Virus record (IMG/VR): IMGVR_UViG_3300023263_000002
Span: 1-64,000 of that record
Source: a virus
Taxonomy: Duplodnaviria; Caudoviricetes
Strand: one strand, 5' to 3'
DNA length: 64,000 bases
Translations under genes and position numbers: made by a program
Notes under the pieces: model-generated
What the model saw: only the letters and a program-made list of their open reading frames with translations
The model's database searches: none
What the model was told of the DNA's origin: nothing
Part shown: piece by piece, positions 46,029 to 55,458 of the stretch
How positions within the stretch are numbered: position 1 is the stretch's first letter
Layout: each line of letters starts with the position of its first letter

Positions 46029-46418
46029 GCGAATCAAGGCTCATATACACCATGACAGACGATCCTAAGAAGAGCAAAGACGAGTCTAAGCAGAAGGATA
46101 TCGTAAGAAAGGAGATCCAGGAGAAGGGAAAGCAGAGCGTAGTAGACAAGTACCGCATCGATCCTGATAAGCCATATAAGCCGCACACACCTAAAAGAGG
46201 GATCAGGGAACAATGATACCCGAACGAACCCACTCGCAGATACGCTGATGAAGTCTTAGCTGGGGCTGAGATGTCAATCCGTGAAGCGAAAGGGTCTCGG
46301 CTGGCTCCGAAGCCCGATAGAGCCGCAGAGAGCGGTGGGAAGCAGGCACGGACCGGCTAGGGTAGCGGAGAGCTCATTGTGCCAGCTCATTCGCTGGCGC
46401 TCGCAGAGCTCTCCCAAT

Positions 46419-46448
46419 AAAAAGCCCGCGTACCCTGGAGCACGCGGG
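46419..46448 (-). terminator. intrinsic terminator ending the late minus-strand operon
   Basis: CCCGCGTG..TACGCGGG followed by CTTTTT on the minus strand. Confidence 0.7.
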
Positions 46449-46474
46449 AGTTTACCTCCATTGCAGTTCCGCAG

Positions 46475-46705
46475 TCACTTCAACGGAGGGCACTCACTCA
46501 GGTACGTAGCGTTGTGCTCGCGTACCTGCTTTACTGTTTCAACCGTGTCGTTCTTCGCGGAATACCTAATCGGCTTGTAGATTATGCAGTTCGCCTTAGG
46601 CGTCGTTATCACGGTTGAAGGGGTCGTCGCGCACGCTGCGGTCATCATGCTTAAGGGCACGACGAGCAGCCTCAGCCTTGGCAATCGTCTCCAAGTCCTG
46701 CGCAT
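46475..46705 (-). CDS. o-spanin (Rz1-like lipoprotein)
   Basis: basic N-terminus, hydrophobic stretch, TAAC lipobox; overlaps i-spanin in another frame. Confidence 0.7.
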   Translation of the reverse strand: MRRTWRRLPRLRLLVVPLSMMTAACATTPSTVITTPKANCIIYKPIRYSAKNDTVETVKQVREHNATYLSECPPLK

Positions 46706-46841
46706 GTTGAGCAATTTCTTGTTCACGTTGCTGCTCCACTCTTCCTTCCCGCCGACCCATAAAATACGAGATAAGATGAGTAAGCGGCGTTGTTATCAGT
46801 TTCGTTACAACTGTAGATAACCATGCGTAGAAGGCAGCCAT
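46596..46841 (-). CDS. i-spanin (Rz-like)
   Basis: N-terminal membrane anchor, coiled coil, DPFNRD end. Confidence 0.65.
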   Translation of the reverse strand: MAAFYAWLSTVVTKLITTPLTHLISYFMGRREGRVEQQREQEIAQHAQDLETIAKAEAARRALKHDDRSVRDDPFNRDNDA

Positions 46842-46850
46842 AGTCTACTC

Positions 46851-48668
46851 CTATTGATCACAGGTACGTATACCTGTCGTGGGATCGTAGACACACGCAC
46901 CATTTGTAAGAGGGGCGAAGGGCTCCTCAGCTACCACAACCTCAGGCTTCTCTTTCGTCGGAGCCTTGAGAATCCCCATACGCTTGCCGTCCGGCCGGAA
47001 GGTAGTGAAACCTTTCAGACCCATTTCCCACGCGCGCATGTAGATGTTCTGGAATGCCCCAAACTCGATGTCGGGGCCGATGTTGCTCGTCTTCGAACAA
47101 GATGAGTCAACGTATTTGGATGCGATGTTGAGCACGTTGAGGTGATCATCAATTGTGCAGTCACCAGCGGTCTTACCTCGCACGCCGAACCGAGCCACAC
47201 CATAGTCCTGCATGATGAAAGTTTGCAGACCGCTCGGCGTATACATCTTGCGCTCGTACTCGTATGCGAATACCGGCTCGATGCCCGACGAGATGTTATC
47301 GGCCGTGACCGATATCGTCCCCGTCGGAGCAATGGACAGGAGGTGCGAGTTTCGGATGCCCTGCTCGTGGATCTTGTTCTGCACGTCCTCGGGGAGGGTA
47401 TCGATAAACCTGCTCTCCATATACTTGTCGCGATCGAAGAGCGGAAAGGATCCCTTCTGCACAGCAAGGTCGCTCGACGCTGCATACGCTGTATCACGAA
47501 GGGTCTGCATGATCTTCTCGAAGATTTCGAGAAAGTCAGGAGACCCATATGGACATCCCAGAGCTTCGATAGCGTTGGCTACGCCTGTTACCCCCAAGCC
47601 CATCCGGCGCTTATTCATCTGCTCTTCGCGCTGCTCTGGAAGTGGGTAGGTGGCAGTGTCGAAGATGTTGTCCATGCCCTCGACAACCGGAGGGATATCA
47701 GCCTTGAAAGCTTCGAAGTCGAAAGTGAGTTTATCGCTGCGACGTACGACATACTTTACAAGGTTGAAGGATCCCAACATGCAAACACCGAACGGCGGCA
47801 AAGGCTGCTCACCGCACGGATTCGTGGCAGCGAGTTCTTCGCAATACCACAGGTTGTTCATCTTGTTGATTTGATCGATGAACAGGATGCCAGGCTCTGC
47901 CCAATCCCAGGTGCCGCGCATGATCTCGGACCAGAGATCGCGAGCACGAACCGTGGAGTAGACCCGGCCGCCGTACGTCAACTGGAAGTCGGTGTCGTCC
48001 TTGACGGCTTGCATGAACTCATCAGTGACGGCAACCGAAACGTTGAAGTTGGTCAGGCGCAGCGTAGACTGAAGCGCGTTGAACATCTCCTGCCGACGAA
48101 TGGGGTTCGTCTCAGCCTCAGCGAGATCCCAAAGCACCTGGGTTTCCATTGGTGCGCGTTTGCAGCGAATGAAGTCCAGGATATTCGGATGATCGCAACG
48201 CAGCACGCCCATCATGGCTCCGCGGCGATGTCCGGCCGACTTGATTGTCTCGCAGACCGCGTTGAAGATGCCCATGAAGCTAACCGGGCCAGATGCCTGA
48301 GAGCCAAGAGAGGCGATCATATCTCCTGATGGTCGTATGGTTGAGAAGTCACCTCCCCAGCCGCCGCCCATACGCAATGTTAGCGCGCAATACTCGGCCG
48401 CGCGCATGATGCCTTCCATCGAGTCATCGATAGTTGAACTCACGTAGCAGTTGCCTGCCGTAACCTTCTTCAAGCTTCCCACCGCTGCTTGTATCCGCCC
48501 TGCCGGCAAGAAGCTCATGTCGCCGATGATTGATTTCAGACGATAGAAATGTGCGCTATTCGACGCCATCCCGCCGCACATTCTAACTACGGCATCACGG
48601 AAAGTTTCATTCGCTCCGCGATACTTATCGTAGTGCGTCTGATCAGATATAACTAGAGTTGGACCCAT
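46851..48668 (-). CDS. nrdJ: ribonucleotide reductase, class II (B12-dependent)
   Basis: PAGR, NC, RRGA, EPG..F.D, TNPCGEQ, APTGT, C-terminal Cys pair; no beta subunit nearby. Confidence 0.9.
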   Translation of the reverse strand: MGPTLVISDQTHYDKYRGANETFRDAVVRMCGGMASNSAHFYRLKSIIGDMSFLPAGRIQAAVGSLKKVTAGNCYVSSTIDDSMEGIMRAAEYCALTLRMGGGWGGDFSTIRPSGDMIASLGSQASGPVSFMGIFNAVCETIKSAGHRRGAMMGVLRCDHPNILDFIRCKRAPMETQVLWDLAEAETNPIRRQEMFNALQSTLRLTNFNVSVAVTDEFMQAVKDDTDFQLTYGGRVYSTVRARDLWSEIMRGTWDWAEPGILFIDQINKMNNLWYCEELAATNPCGEQPLPPFGVCMLGSFNLVKYVVRRSDKLTFDFEAFKADIPPVVEGMDNIFDTATYPLPEQREEQMNKRRMGLGVTGVANAIEALGCPYGSPDFLEIFEKIMQTLRDTAYAASSDLAVQKGSFPLFDRDKYMESRFIDTLPEDVQNKIHEQGIRNSHLLSIAPTGTISVTADNISSGIEPVFAYEYERKMYTPSGLQTFIMQDYGVARFGVRGKTAGDCTIDDHLNVLNIASKYVDSSCSKTSNIGPDIEFGAFQNIYMRAWEMGLKGFTTFRPDGKRMGILKAPTKEKPEVVVAEEPFAPLTNGACVYDPTTGIRTCDQ

Positions 48669-48743
48669 TTAGACACCCCTTGGAGATTTATATAGCGTCC
48701 GCAGCGGATACGGACGCTATATGTTACATATCGACCACGAATT

Positions 48744-48977
48744 CTACTTGTTTTCGTTGGTGGCCGTAATCTCCTTCTTCGCGTACACGCGGCCCCACAG
48801 CGACGCGGCGCCGGCTAGGGATGTCACGATGGCGACGATGAGACCGGGTAGCTGATCGGCGATAGTTGATCCAGCGGCCTGATCAACAAAGCCGAGGCTG
48901 ACTGCCACACCAACGAGAACCTGTACAAGGCTGGCCCACACGCCGATTGACTGATACCAGGGTTTCGTTTCGTTCAT
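48744..48977 (-). CDS. holin
   Basis: KPWYQS..VW, two transmembrane helices, GR..A. Confidence 0.7.
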   Translation of the reverse strand: MNETKPWYQSIGVWASLVQVLVGVAVSLGFVDQAAGSTIADQLPGLIVAIVTSLAGAASLWGRVYAKKEITATNENK

Positions 48978-49004
48978 ATTACTTCTCCATGTTGTAGATA
49001 TTGC

Positions 49005-49286
49005 TTATTTGAACGGAAGGTATCGTGAGATAACCTCCCAGACGAATCCTCCTAGTGCGGCTGCGAAAGCCAACATGCTGAATAGCATCCGCTTACCACC
49101 CTCTACTCGAACCATGTAGTTTTTAAGTTCATCTACATCAGCTTTTAAACTCTTCAGCTCTTCGCGATCAGCCTCGCGCCGCTCCTCCATATGCCTATCG
49201 TTACGATCAAGTCGATCATGTAATGCCTTGACTTCTGCAATAAGCTGTCCGAGTAGACGATCTGTTGACTTGTCAGCAGCAACCAT
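49005..49286 (-). CDS. coiled-coil protein with C-terminal transmembrane helix (lysis-associated)
   Basis: architecture and position next to holin. Confidence 0.6.
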   Translation of the reverse strand: MVAADKSTDRLLGQLIAEVKALHDRLDRNDRHMEERREADREELKSLKADVDELKNYMVRVEGGKRMLFSMLAFAAALGGFVWEVISRYLPFK

Positions 49287-49441
49287 GGCCAGTTATTCTC
49301 GCTGATCTACAATCGTACGAATCTGCGGTAACAAGCAGGACTGATTTGCATCAGTATCGACTCCTAATGGTGATGCCATTAGCGTTCCCCTTCTATGAGC
49401 CATCTTCTATCTTTGCTTGTGCGAGAATAGATAGTTTGAAT

Positions 49442-50017
49442 TTAGCTTACCCGGTCATTGAATTCCTCCGTAACTTGATTGAACGTCGTCACCTCCCCCG
49501 CATCGATCTTACTGCTGACTTCTGCTTCGGCTGCAAAGCACTTCTGCACGTGAGCATATACAGCTTCGGCAAGCGGAAGGAATTTTTTCATCGTCTGCTT
49601 CTTGAAACTACCCGATCCTGCTTTGTAAGTGAACAGTTCGTTGGGGAATTGTTCGGCACGCAGTCGAACCTCCGCAAACAACTTCTGCTCTTCTCGAGTA
49701 GTTTTGATGGGTTCAGATTCCCAGACGATACCAGAGGTCTCTGCGAAGTATCTTAGGTCTGCCAAGAAGGCGTGCAACTCTTCCGCAGACTTTGGCACCG
49801 CTCCAGGATGCGTGAACTTGGCCCCATCGTACGACCAACCAACACTTGGAATCGAGCCGTCCTCGGTTCTGAATGGAACAAGGTCGTGGCCGTCTTCATC
49901 GACTTCCGAGAGGCGCACCATTGTCTTTCCGGGGATCCCAAAATCGGAGTCCCCTAGTATGACATTCTCCACTAGTCCAGTAGTTCCGATAACAGCAATC
50001 TTGTAATTCTTGTTCAT
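49442..50017 (-). CDS. tail fiber assembly-type protein (DUF4376-like)
   Basis: GWSYDG.KF, RY..ET.GI, HVQKCF..E. Confidence 0.7.
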   Translation of the reverse strand: MNKNYKIAVIGTTGLVENVILGDSDFGIPGKTMVRLSEVDEDGHDLVPFRTEDGSIPSVGWSYDGAKFTHPGAVPKSAEELHAFLADLRYFAETSGIVWESEPIKTTREEQKLFAEVRLRAEQFPNELFTYKAGSGSFKKQTMKKFLPLAEAVYAHVQKCFAAEAEVSSKIDAGEVTTFNQVTEEFNDRVS

Positions 50018-50022
50018 GACTA

Positions 50023-51162
50023 TCAACCGAGTGTCCATACCCGAACCTCCCCACGAGCGCCAGCACCGCCGCCACCGTTGTCAGAAGCACCACCACCGCC
50101 ACCGGGAGCCGATCCAGCACTACCAACAACGCCGGTAGTACCGCTACCGCCGCCATCGCCGCCTACAACAGAGTTGCCTCCAGCTGTGGTGGAGCCTGCA
50201 GCACTAGCACCACCACCGCCACCGCCGCCATATAATGACTCACCACCGATAGACGCGATACTGGCACCACCGGCACCACCACCGCCACCGCCGAATATCG
50301 CTGAACCACCAGTAATTACTGTAGTGTTAGAGCCGCCACCGCCGTAACGCCCAGCAGTACCGCCTGATGGAGTTTGGCCAGATATACCCGGCTCACCTGG
50401 AGTGGATCCAGATCCAGCACTTGTAGCACCACCACCGCCACCACCAATTCCGCCGGCCACGCCACCACCGCCACCAAATGCTGATAAATGTGTTCCGAAG
50501 GTTGATGAGCCACCTGCACTACCGTTGGCGCCCGAGCCGCCGCCACCACCCGCTGCTACAGTAACTGTAACTGTGGCAGCCAAGTCGCCGGCACGAAACG
50601 TATATACCGTGTACGCACCGCCACCGCCACCACCGCCACCGTTAGTATTACTGCCGCCACCGCCACCGCCACCCCACAACTCTACACGCACAAGAGCATC
50701 GGCGCTAATATCTTCTGGCTTGGTCCAGGTGCCGGAGGCTGTGAATACTTGACGGTCAATCTGAGCCCCGCCGCTGCTGGCAACCTGAACCGTTACAGTT
50801 CTAAACTCACCATTGTTAAACAGCACACCGTAGGTAACGCCAGCTACAATCTCACCAGCAGCAAACGGGTCTCCGTTAACCTTGACCCAATTGTAGTATG
50901 GATTGGAAGAGGATACTCGAAGCCGCGCAACATCTGTATTGTCTTGTTCTGGAGTAACCCAGAATAACATTCCAGATACGACATCAGCATCGAGGACAGG
51001 ATCAACGATGATAGTGTAGTCATTTCCGGTATTCGAGATAGACGTTGGAACCAACGCGATGGCATCAAACATGATGCCAACCTTCTCCGCTAGGTTGTCA
51101 ACTAGCTCCTTTCCTGTAACAGGAGGAGTACTTGCAGATGTAAACGTCGTCCGAGTAGCCAT
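50023..51162 (-). CDS. glycine-rich tail fiber protein
   Basis: FTASGTWTKP, WGGGGGGG, GEVRVW. Confidence 0.85.
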   Translation of the reverse strand: MATRTTFTSASTPPVTGKELVDNLAEKVGIMFDAIALVPTSISNTGNDYTIIVDPVLDADVVSGMLFWVTPEQDNTDVARLRVSSSNPYYNWVKVNGDPFAAGEIVAGVTYGVLFNNGEFRTVTVQVASSGGAQIDRQVFTASGTWTKPEDISADALVRVELWGGGGGGGSNTNGGGGGGGGAYTVYTFRAGDLAATVTVTVAAGGGGGSGANGSAGGSSTFGTHLSAFGGGGGVAGGIGGGGGGATSAGSGSTPGEPGISGQTPSGGTAGRYGGGGSNTTVITGGSAIFGGGGGGAGGASIASIGGESLYGGGGGGGASAAGSTTAGGNSVVGGDGGGSGTTGVVGSAGSAPGGGGGASDNGGGGAGARGEVRVWTLG

Positions 51163-54100
51163 TAGACAGAAACTCCAAAAACCTCACCAAACATTTCCGA
51201 GGCCTCGTCAACACAAACAAGCTGAGCTTCCAGATTGATTTGCGGCGATATCTCAGACACAACTAACCGTTTGTACTCACTCCCGAGAACACCAGCGACA
51301 ACCAAACATCCAGGAGCCACTGTGTGGATCGGATGTCTATCGAAAGTAGAATTATGTCCGTATCGGATGGGTATCGGAGTAGTAAACTCAAGCTCATCTG
51401 TTAGGCCTGAAACCGTGCTCAAGCCGTGAGTGGTGGTCTGCCCATTCGTCAGTCGAATAGCAACTCCAGTTGTTATTCCGAGGGCTAGAACATCTTCTAC
51501 TTCCAGCATGTCGTATACATCGAGGACGTCTTCTTCAGTAACCACCTCGATAGGAGCATCGAGAATGATTCCAGTGATTTCATCTTCGTCGTATATAACG
51601 TCTGCTATGCGCGCGTATCCGTACTGTGACTGCAGGATATCGTGAGTGACACCAATCAGATCACCGCGGCGGCAGACGATTGATTCAGAAGGAGCATTCA
51701 AACTGTAGAATGCTGCACGACGCTCAGCTTGGAGTAGATCAAACCTAGCCCTACGAATAACATCGGCCTCTCGAATAAGCCCGTCGTATGTCACCTGTTC
51801 CAGGCGATTAGATGAACCTTCGGCACCGGTCCGGTAAACGACAACCTGGTCGTTGCCATAGTCGAGTTCGAACTCTCTGAAGTTGATTCGGAACCCTGCC
51901 GGAAGTCTAGAGAACGCCTTCCTCCACGATAACCCTGAGCTATTCCTCGGAGAGAACACCTGAGTAGGTGTATCACCGCTCCGATCAAAATCTTGGATAA
52001 CTCCGAAGAGTTCTGAGCGGTACAGTCGCCCGAATCCGCATGAGGCAACAACACGCAGCAAGTCAGGAACCTCTAGTCCCTCGACCACCATATCGCACGT
52101 GAAGTCAGATGCTGCACATCTGCGCCACCAATCAATGATAGAGGTGTCGTCCAGAAGCTCTTCCGGAAGCGGATCAAAGTTTTGTGCTCCTGTAAGAACA
52201 TCACGAAAATGCGCAGCCGGGTTGCTCGTGACTCTAAACTCATTCCAATCAGTCTGCTTACCATTGTAAGGGAACATCGCGTTCTCCGTTACAAGGAATG
52301 TCGCATTAGCTACGACCCAGAAGTTTGTCCAACCTGATGGATTTGCTCCGAGCGTGTCGGAACTAAAATCAGTAGCGAGCGTTGCTAAATCGGGCGGACT
52401 GGGCGCTGTATCACCATCACTCGCAGAAAACCAATTTATACTCGATGATGCATCTGTTCCGAGTTGGTTGAAGAAAATACCAACCCTACCTGATGTGAAA
52501 GCAGTATCAGTTGTTTCTAGAGTCCAATCATCCGGCTCAGATAACGCAGCCGACCACACTTTGGCCTTTAACGCAGAGCCACGCACCTGGAACCGAATAA
52601 AGTAGTTTCTGCCTTCTTCGACTGGAAAAGGCGTTGTTGCAATAACAGTGAATGCCGGTGCGAACTTGTTAATCTCCAGTCGTGCTGTATTCGTAGCATC
52701 TGCCAAACGAAGCGTTGCCCTGTACCCAGTCTCAGTTGCAGCCGCACCTCCCACCCTAAGCATAGGTGTGCCCTGAATCTCACCTTCGTCAACAACAAGG
52801 GTGGGCCTGAGGAATATAAGCACTTCAGGATCGATCATCGTTCCCGCAGCATCATACGTGAATACGGTTCGATTCGTTCCAGAGGACCTAGCTGTAACTG
52901 GGCCACGACCTTGCGGAAGGTCTTTCACGTACCCTGAAGCGATAACCGACAACTTCTTAACTGACCGGTTCCGAGCCGTAAGAGCAATGAGCGTCATCCC
53001 TGCTTGTACGATGGGATGCTCGTTCCACACGTTCACCAACCGAACGAGTGTGATAGAGTCGAGGAGGCCTTCTCTTGTTACTGGAAGCTCACCAGCATCA
53101 GTCCGACCAAAAAAGTTTAGGATGCTTCCGCTATACGTGTACGTTGACGAAGTGAAGTTCGCCGATACAAGAGTCGCACCACGCTTGATTTCAATATCGT
53201 AGATTCCCGGTGTCCAGTCAGCTGCACTGAGGTAGATATCAGCGTGCTCAGCGAACAAGACAACATTTCGCAGATTTGTAGTTAGCTCCGTTCCCGCTAC
53301 AAGAATATCGTTTCCCGCACCCGCAGAAAAGTACGCGTCTGATTCAAAAATAGTTCCCAGCGGTTGTACGTTTTGCGCAGGGACAAGTTTGCGCGCAGAT
53401 ACAAATCCGATAGTAGACGGCACTGGTGGAAAGGCAGAAGTGTAGGCCTCTCCCCAGTAAATCTTTATCTGCAACCTGACTGAACTCTGCGTCTCATTCT
53501 GATAGTGAATCTCAGGCAAATCACGCCAAAGAGTATCACCTCGTCTCCGCATCCGCAAGCGAATTGGAATACGCAAACTTCCTGTAGCGTCTTGCCGAGC
53601 CAGACCTTGTAGATTCAAATGGATCCAGTTCTCGTCAGGATCAATGCGTGTGGTGACAGCATGGAACACGGGAAGCGGATCAGCACCTTGAAGCGTATCC
53701 TGATTCTCTGGATCTACTGTATGAACCGACAATTCAATGTTTGGCTCAGTCGTCCTGCCTTGCCTCTCAGTCAAGGTAACGGGGATGTCTCCTGGGAGAC
53801 CATTCCGCACCTCGATCTCGATATCCGTCGCATCGGCCGACTCCAAGTCGATGGAAGCGTCACCTAGGCGAATATCTTCTAGAGCGTGCGGACCTGCGAG
53901 TCCCCAGACAGCTTCGACGATCTCGTCCTGACCGATGAGTTCAATAATCGGCTCAGTGAGGAACGGCGGGAACATCCGCCGTGTGCCGATCACGCGAGGA
54001 ACCGGGGCATTCGCCTCCAGCAGATTGCCGTCGATAGAAGCGGCCTCAAGCCGGAGACCGGCTCCCTTTTGCTCTGCTCCGGGCTTTGCCGTTGGGGGCG

Positions 54101-54524
54101 GTGTCAGCGCTTGAATCGCCAGAGCTCCGGCAATGCCGACCACGCCGGACAGAACAGCCGCGCCGATCGTTCCCGCAGCGAACCCCGCTCCGAGGACTGG
54201 GGCGAGCAGACCAGCACTGATACCACCAGTAACGACAGTAAGAGCGATGGCAGCAATCAAGCCAAAGACTTGTTTGCCACCACCGCCTGCGCCGCCCCCG
54301 ATGTAATCATGCATCGATATGATTGTACCGGTCTTGGGTCTGACTCTTTTCCAATACTCCCTAGGCACGAGATCGCCATTGATCGTTACCGACCCGCGCT
54401 CGAGGAAGTCCTTTGGCAGATGTGAGTTGAAGCTGACGATCTCATAGAGCGTAAAACCCTCCCCAATCTGACTGATATGAGGAGAGCCCAGAGCAAAAGG
54501 ATCGCGATATACTGTATGCAGCAT
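51162..54524 (-). CDS. tail tip / host-specificity protein (lambda I+J-like) with inserted lectin-like module
   Basis: 1120 aa, PVPRVIG, SNPA..F.DVL.G, RGDLIGV.HD; follows NlpC/P60 gene. Confidence 0.85.
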   Translation of the reverse strand: MLHTVYRDPFALGSPHISQIGEGFTLYEIVSFNSHLPKDFLERGSVTINGDLVPREYWKRVRPKTGTIISMHDYIGGGAGGGGKQVFGLIAAIALTVVTGGISAGLLAPVLGAGFAAGTIGAAVLSGVVGIAGALAIQALTPPPTAKPGAEQKGAGLRLEAASIDGNLLEANAPVPRVIGTRRMFPPFLTEPIIELIGQDEIVEAVWGLAGPHALEDIRLGDASIDLESADATDIEIEVRNGLPGDIPVTLTERQGRTTEPNIELSVHTVDPENQDTLQGADPLPVFHAVTTRIDPDENWIHLNLQGLARQDATGSLRIPIRLRMRRRGDTLWRDLPEIHYQNETQSSVRLQIKIYWGEAYTSAFPPVPSTIGFVSARKLVPAQNVQPLGTIFESDAYFSAGAGNDILVAGTELTTNLRNVVLFAEHADIYLSAADWTPGIYDIEIKRGATLVSANFTSSTYTYSGSILNFFGRTDAGELPVTREGLLDSITLVRLVNVWNEHPIVQAGMTLIALTARNRSVKKLSVIASGYVKDLPQGRGPVTARSSGTNRTVFTYDAAGTMIDPEVLIFLRPTLVVDEGEIQGTPMLRVGGAAATETGYRATLRLADATNTARLEINKFAPAFTVIATTPFPVEEGRNYFIRFQVRGSALKAKVWSAALSEPDDWTLETTDTAFTSGRVGIFFNQLGTDASSSINWFSASDGDTAPSPPDLATLATDFSSDTLGANPSGWTNFWVVANATFLVTENAMFPYNGKQTDWNEFRVTSNPAAHFRDVLTGAQNFDPLPEELLDDTSIIDWWRRCAASDFTCDMVVEGLEVPDLLRVVASCGFGRLYRSELFGVIQDFDRSGDTPTQVFSPRNSSGLSWRKAFSRLPAGFRINFREFELDYGNDQVVVYRTGAEGSSNRLEQVTYDGLIREADVIRRARFDLLQAERRAAFYSLNAPSESIVCRRGDLIGVTHDILQSQYGYARIADVIYDEDEITGIILDAPIEVVTEEDVLDVYDMLEVEDVLALGITTGVAIRLTNGQTTTHGLSTVSGLTDELEFTTPIPIRYGHNSTFDRHPIHTVAPGCLVVAGVLGSEYKRLVVSEISPQINLEAQLVCVDEASEMFGEVFGVSV

Positions 54525-54526
54525 AA

Positions 54527-54943
54527 CTACCCACCGATATCTTTATGTCTTCTGAAGCCTACGATCCTCGATCTGATTGTCATGTGCCCCAGAGGCACCA
54601 TAACAGAATCTACCGATCTCTCAGTATGAAGGACCGCGGTTCCGCCAGCAACTACTACTCCCACATGCCCAACCTTTCGAGCGCCATAAAACCGCATTAC
54701 GACAACATCGAAAGGCATTATATCTTCTCGCGCGATCTCTCTCCACGGCTCGAGTATGTAGTTTCCTTCTACCATCTGCGAGACGGCCACGAGATCATTC
54801 GCTGAGATTTCTCCGTAGGTTGGCAACTCGATGCGAAGCTCATTCAGATAGATCAACCTGACCAACCCCCAGCAGTCGCAGCCTGTCCGCTCGCGACCTT
54901 GATCCTTGAAAGGAATGCCTACATACTTCGAGAGCCAATTCAT
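54527..54943 (-). CDS. NlpC/P60 tail tip assembly protein (gpK-like)
   Basis: GIPF...GR...GCDCWGLV, HVGV, LH. Confidence 0.9.
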   Translation of the reverse strand: MNWLSKYVGIPFKDQGRERTGCDCWGLVRLIYLNELRIELPTYGEISANDLVAVSQMVEGNYILEPWREIAREDIMPFDVVVMRFYGARKVGHVGVVVAGGTAVLHTERSVDSVMVPLGHMTIRSRIVGFRRHKDIGG

Positions 54944-55458
54944 CTGAACAACCCCGGAAACCGAGTCTTGGTCGCCATCATTCCTGGCCACAGCTCTTGC
55001 GTATAGTCCCATGACACAATACGCGCAGTCAACTGCATCGCATCAGTTTCAATCTCGGTTAGAAACAACTGAGGAGCATTGTACGTGTACACTGCAGATC
55101 CTGCTCCGTTCTTTTCTGTGCAGGGCGTCTCGTCAAGGTTGAACTCGCTGCCTGCGAACACTTGGATGTGTACGCGCGCGGGAGCTACTGCTGCGAGGAT
55201 GCCTTCGGGTATCTGCTTGCTGATGTTCTGAATAGTCAACTGCGAGAACGGCGCCGCTTCATTATCTGACAAGAGTCGGATATCAAACTGGAACCCAATA
55301 TGCTCGTGACCATCCAGTACGAAATTACGGGGATCCGAAACAACACGAATCGCATCCGAGAGCGCCGGATGCGATATAGTCAGGAACACAACGTAGAACT
55401 CTGCTGAGTCCTGCCTATTGAGTTCCCGCAATACTGCCGATGGAAGCGAACGAGGCAT
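54940..55458 (-). CDS. DUF1833-family minor tail protein
   Basis: LTISHP....IRVV, L.I.N, FPGLF. Confidence 0.8.
   Translation of the reverse strand: MPRSLPSAVLRELNRQDSAEFYVVFLTISHPALSDAIRVVSDPRNFVLDGHEHIGFQFDIRLLSDNEAAPFSQLTIQNISKQIPEGILAAVAPARVHIQVFAGSEFNLDETPCTEKNGAGSAVYTYNAPQLFLTEIETDAMQLTARIVSWDYTQELWPGMMATKTRFPGLFR

Noticed and set aside
46245-46300. Fifth hammerhead (CTGATGA followed by GAAA)
   Set aside because: I could not build stems I-III around the core or find a positioned cleavage triplet
47142-48329. Long antisense ORFs over RNR, DUF932, DUF2786 and Tas genes
   Set aside because: Explained by GC3 codon bias of the real genes on the opposite strand
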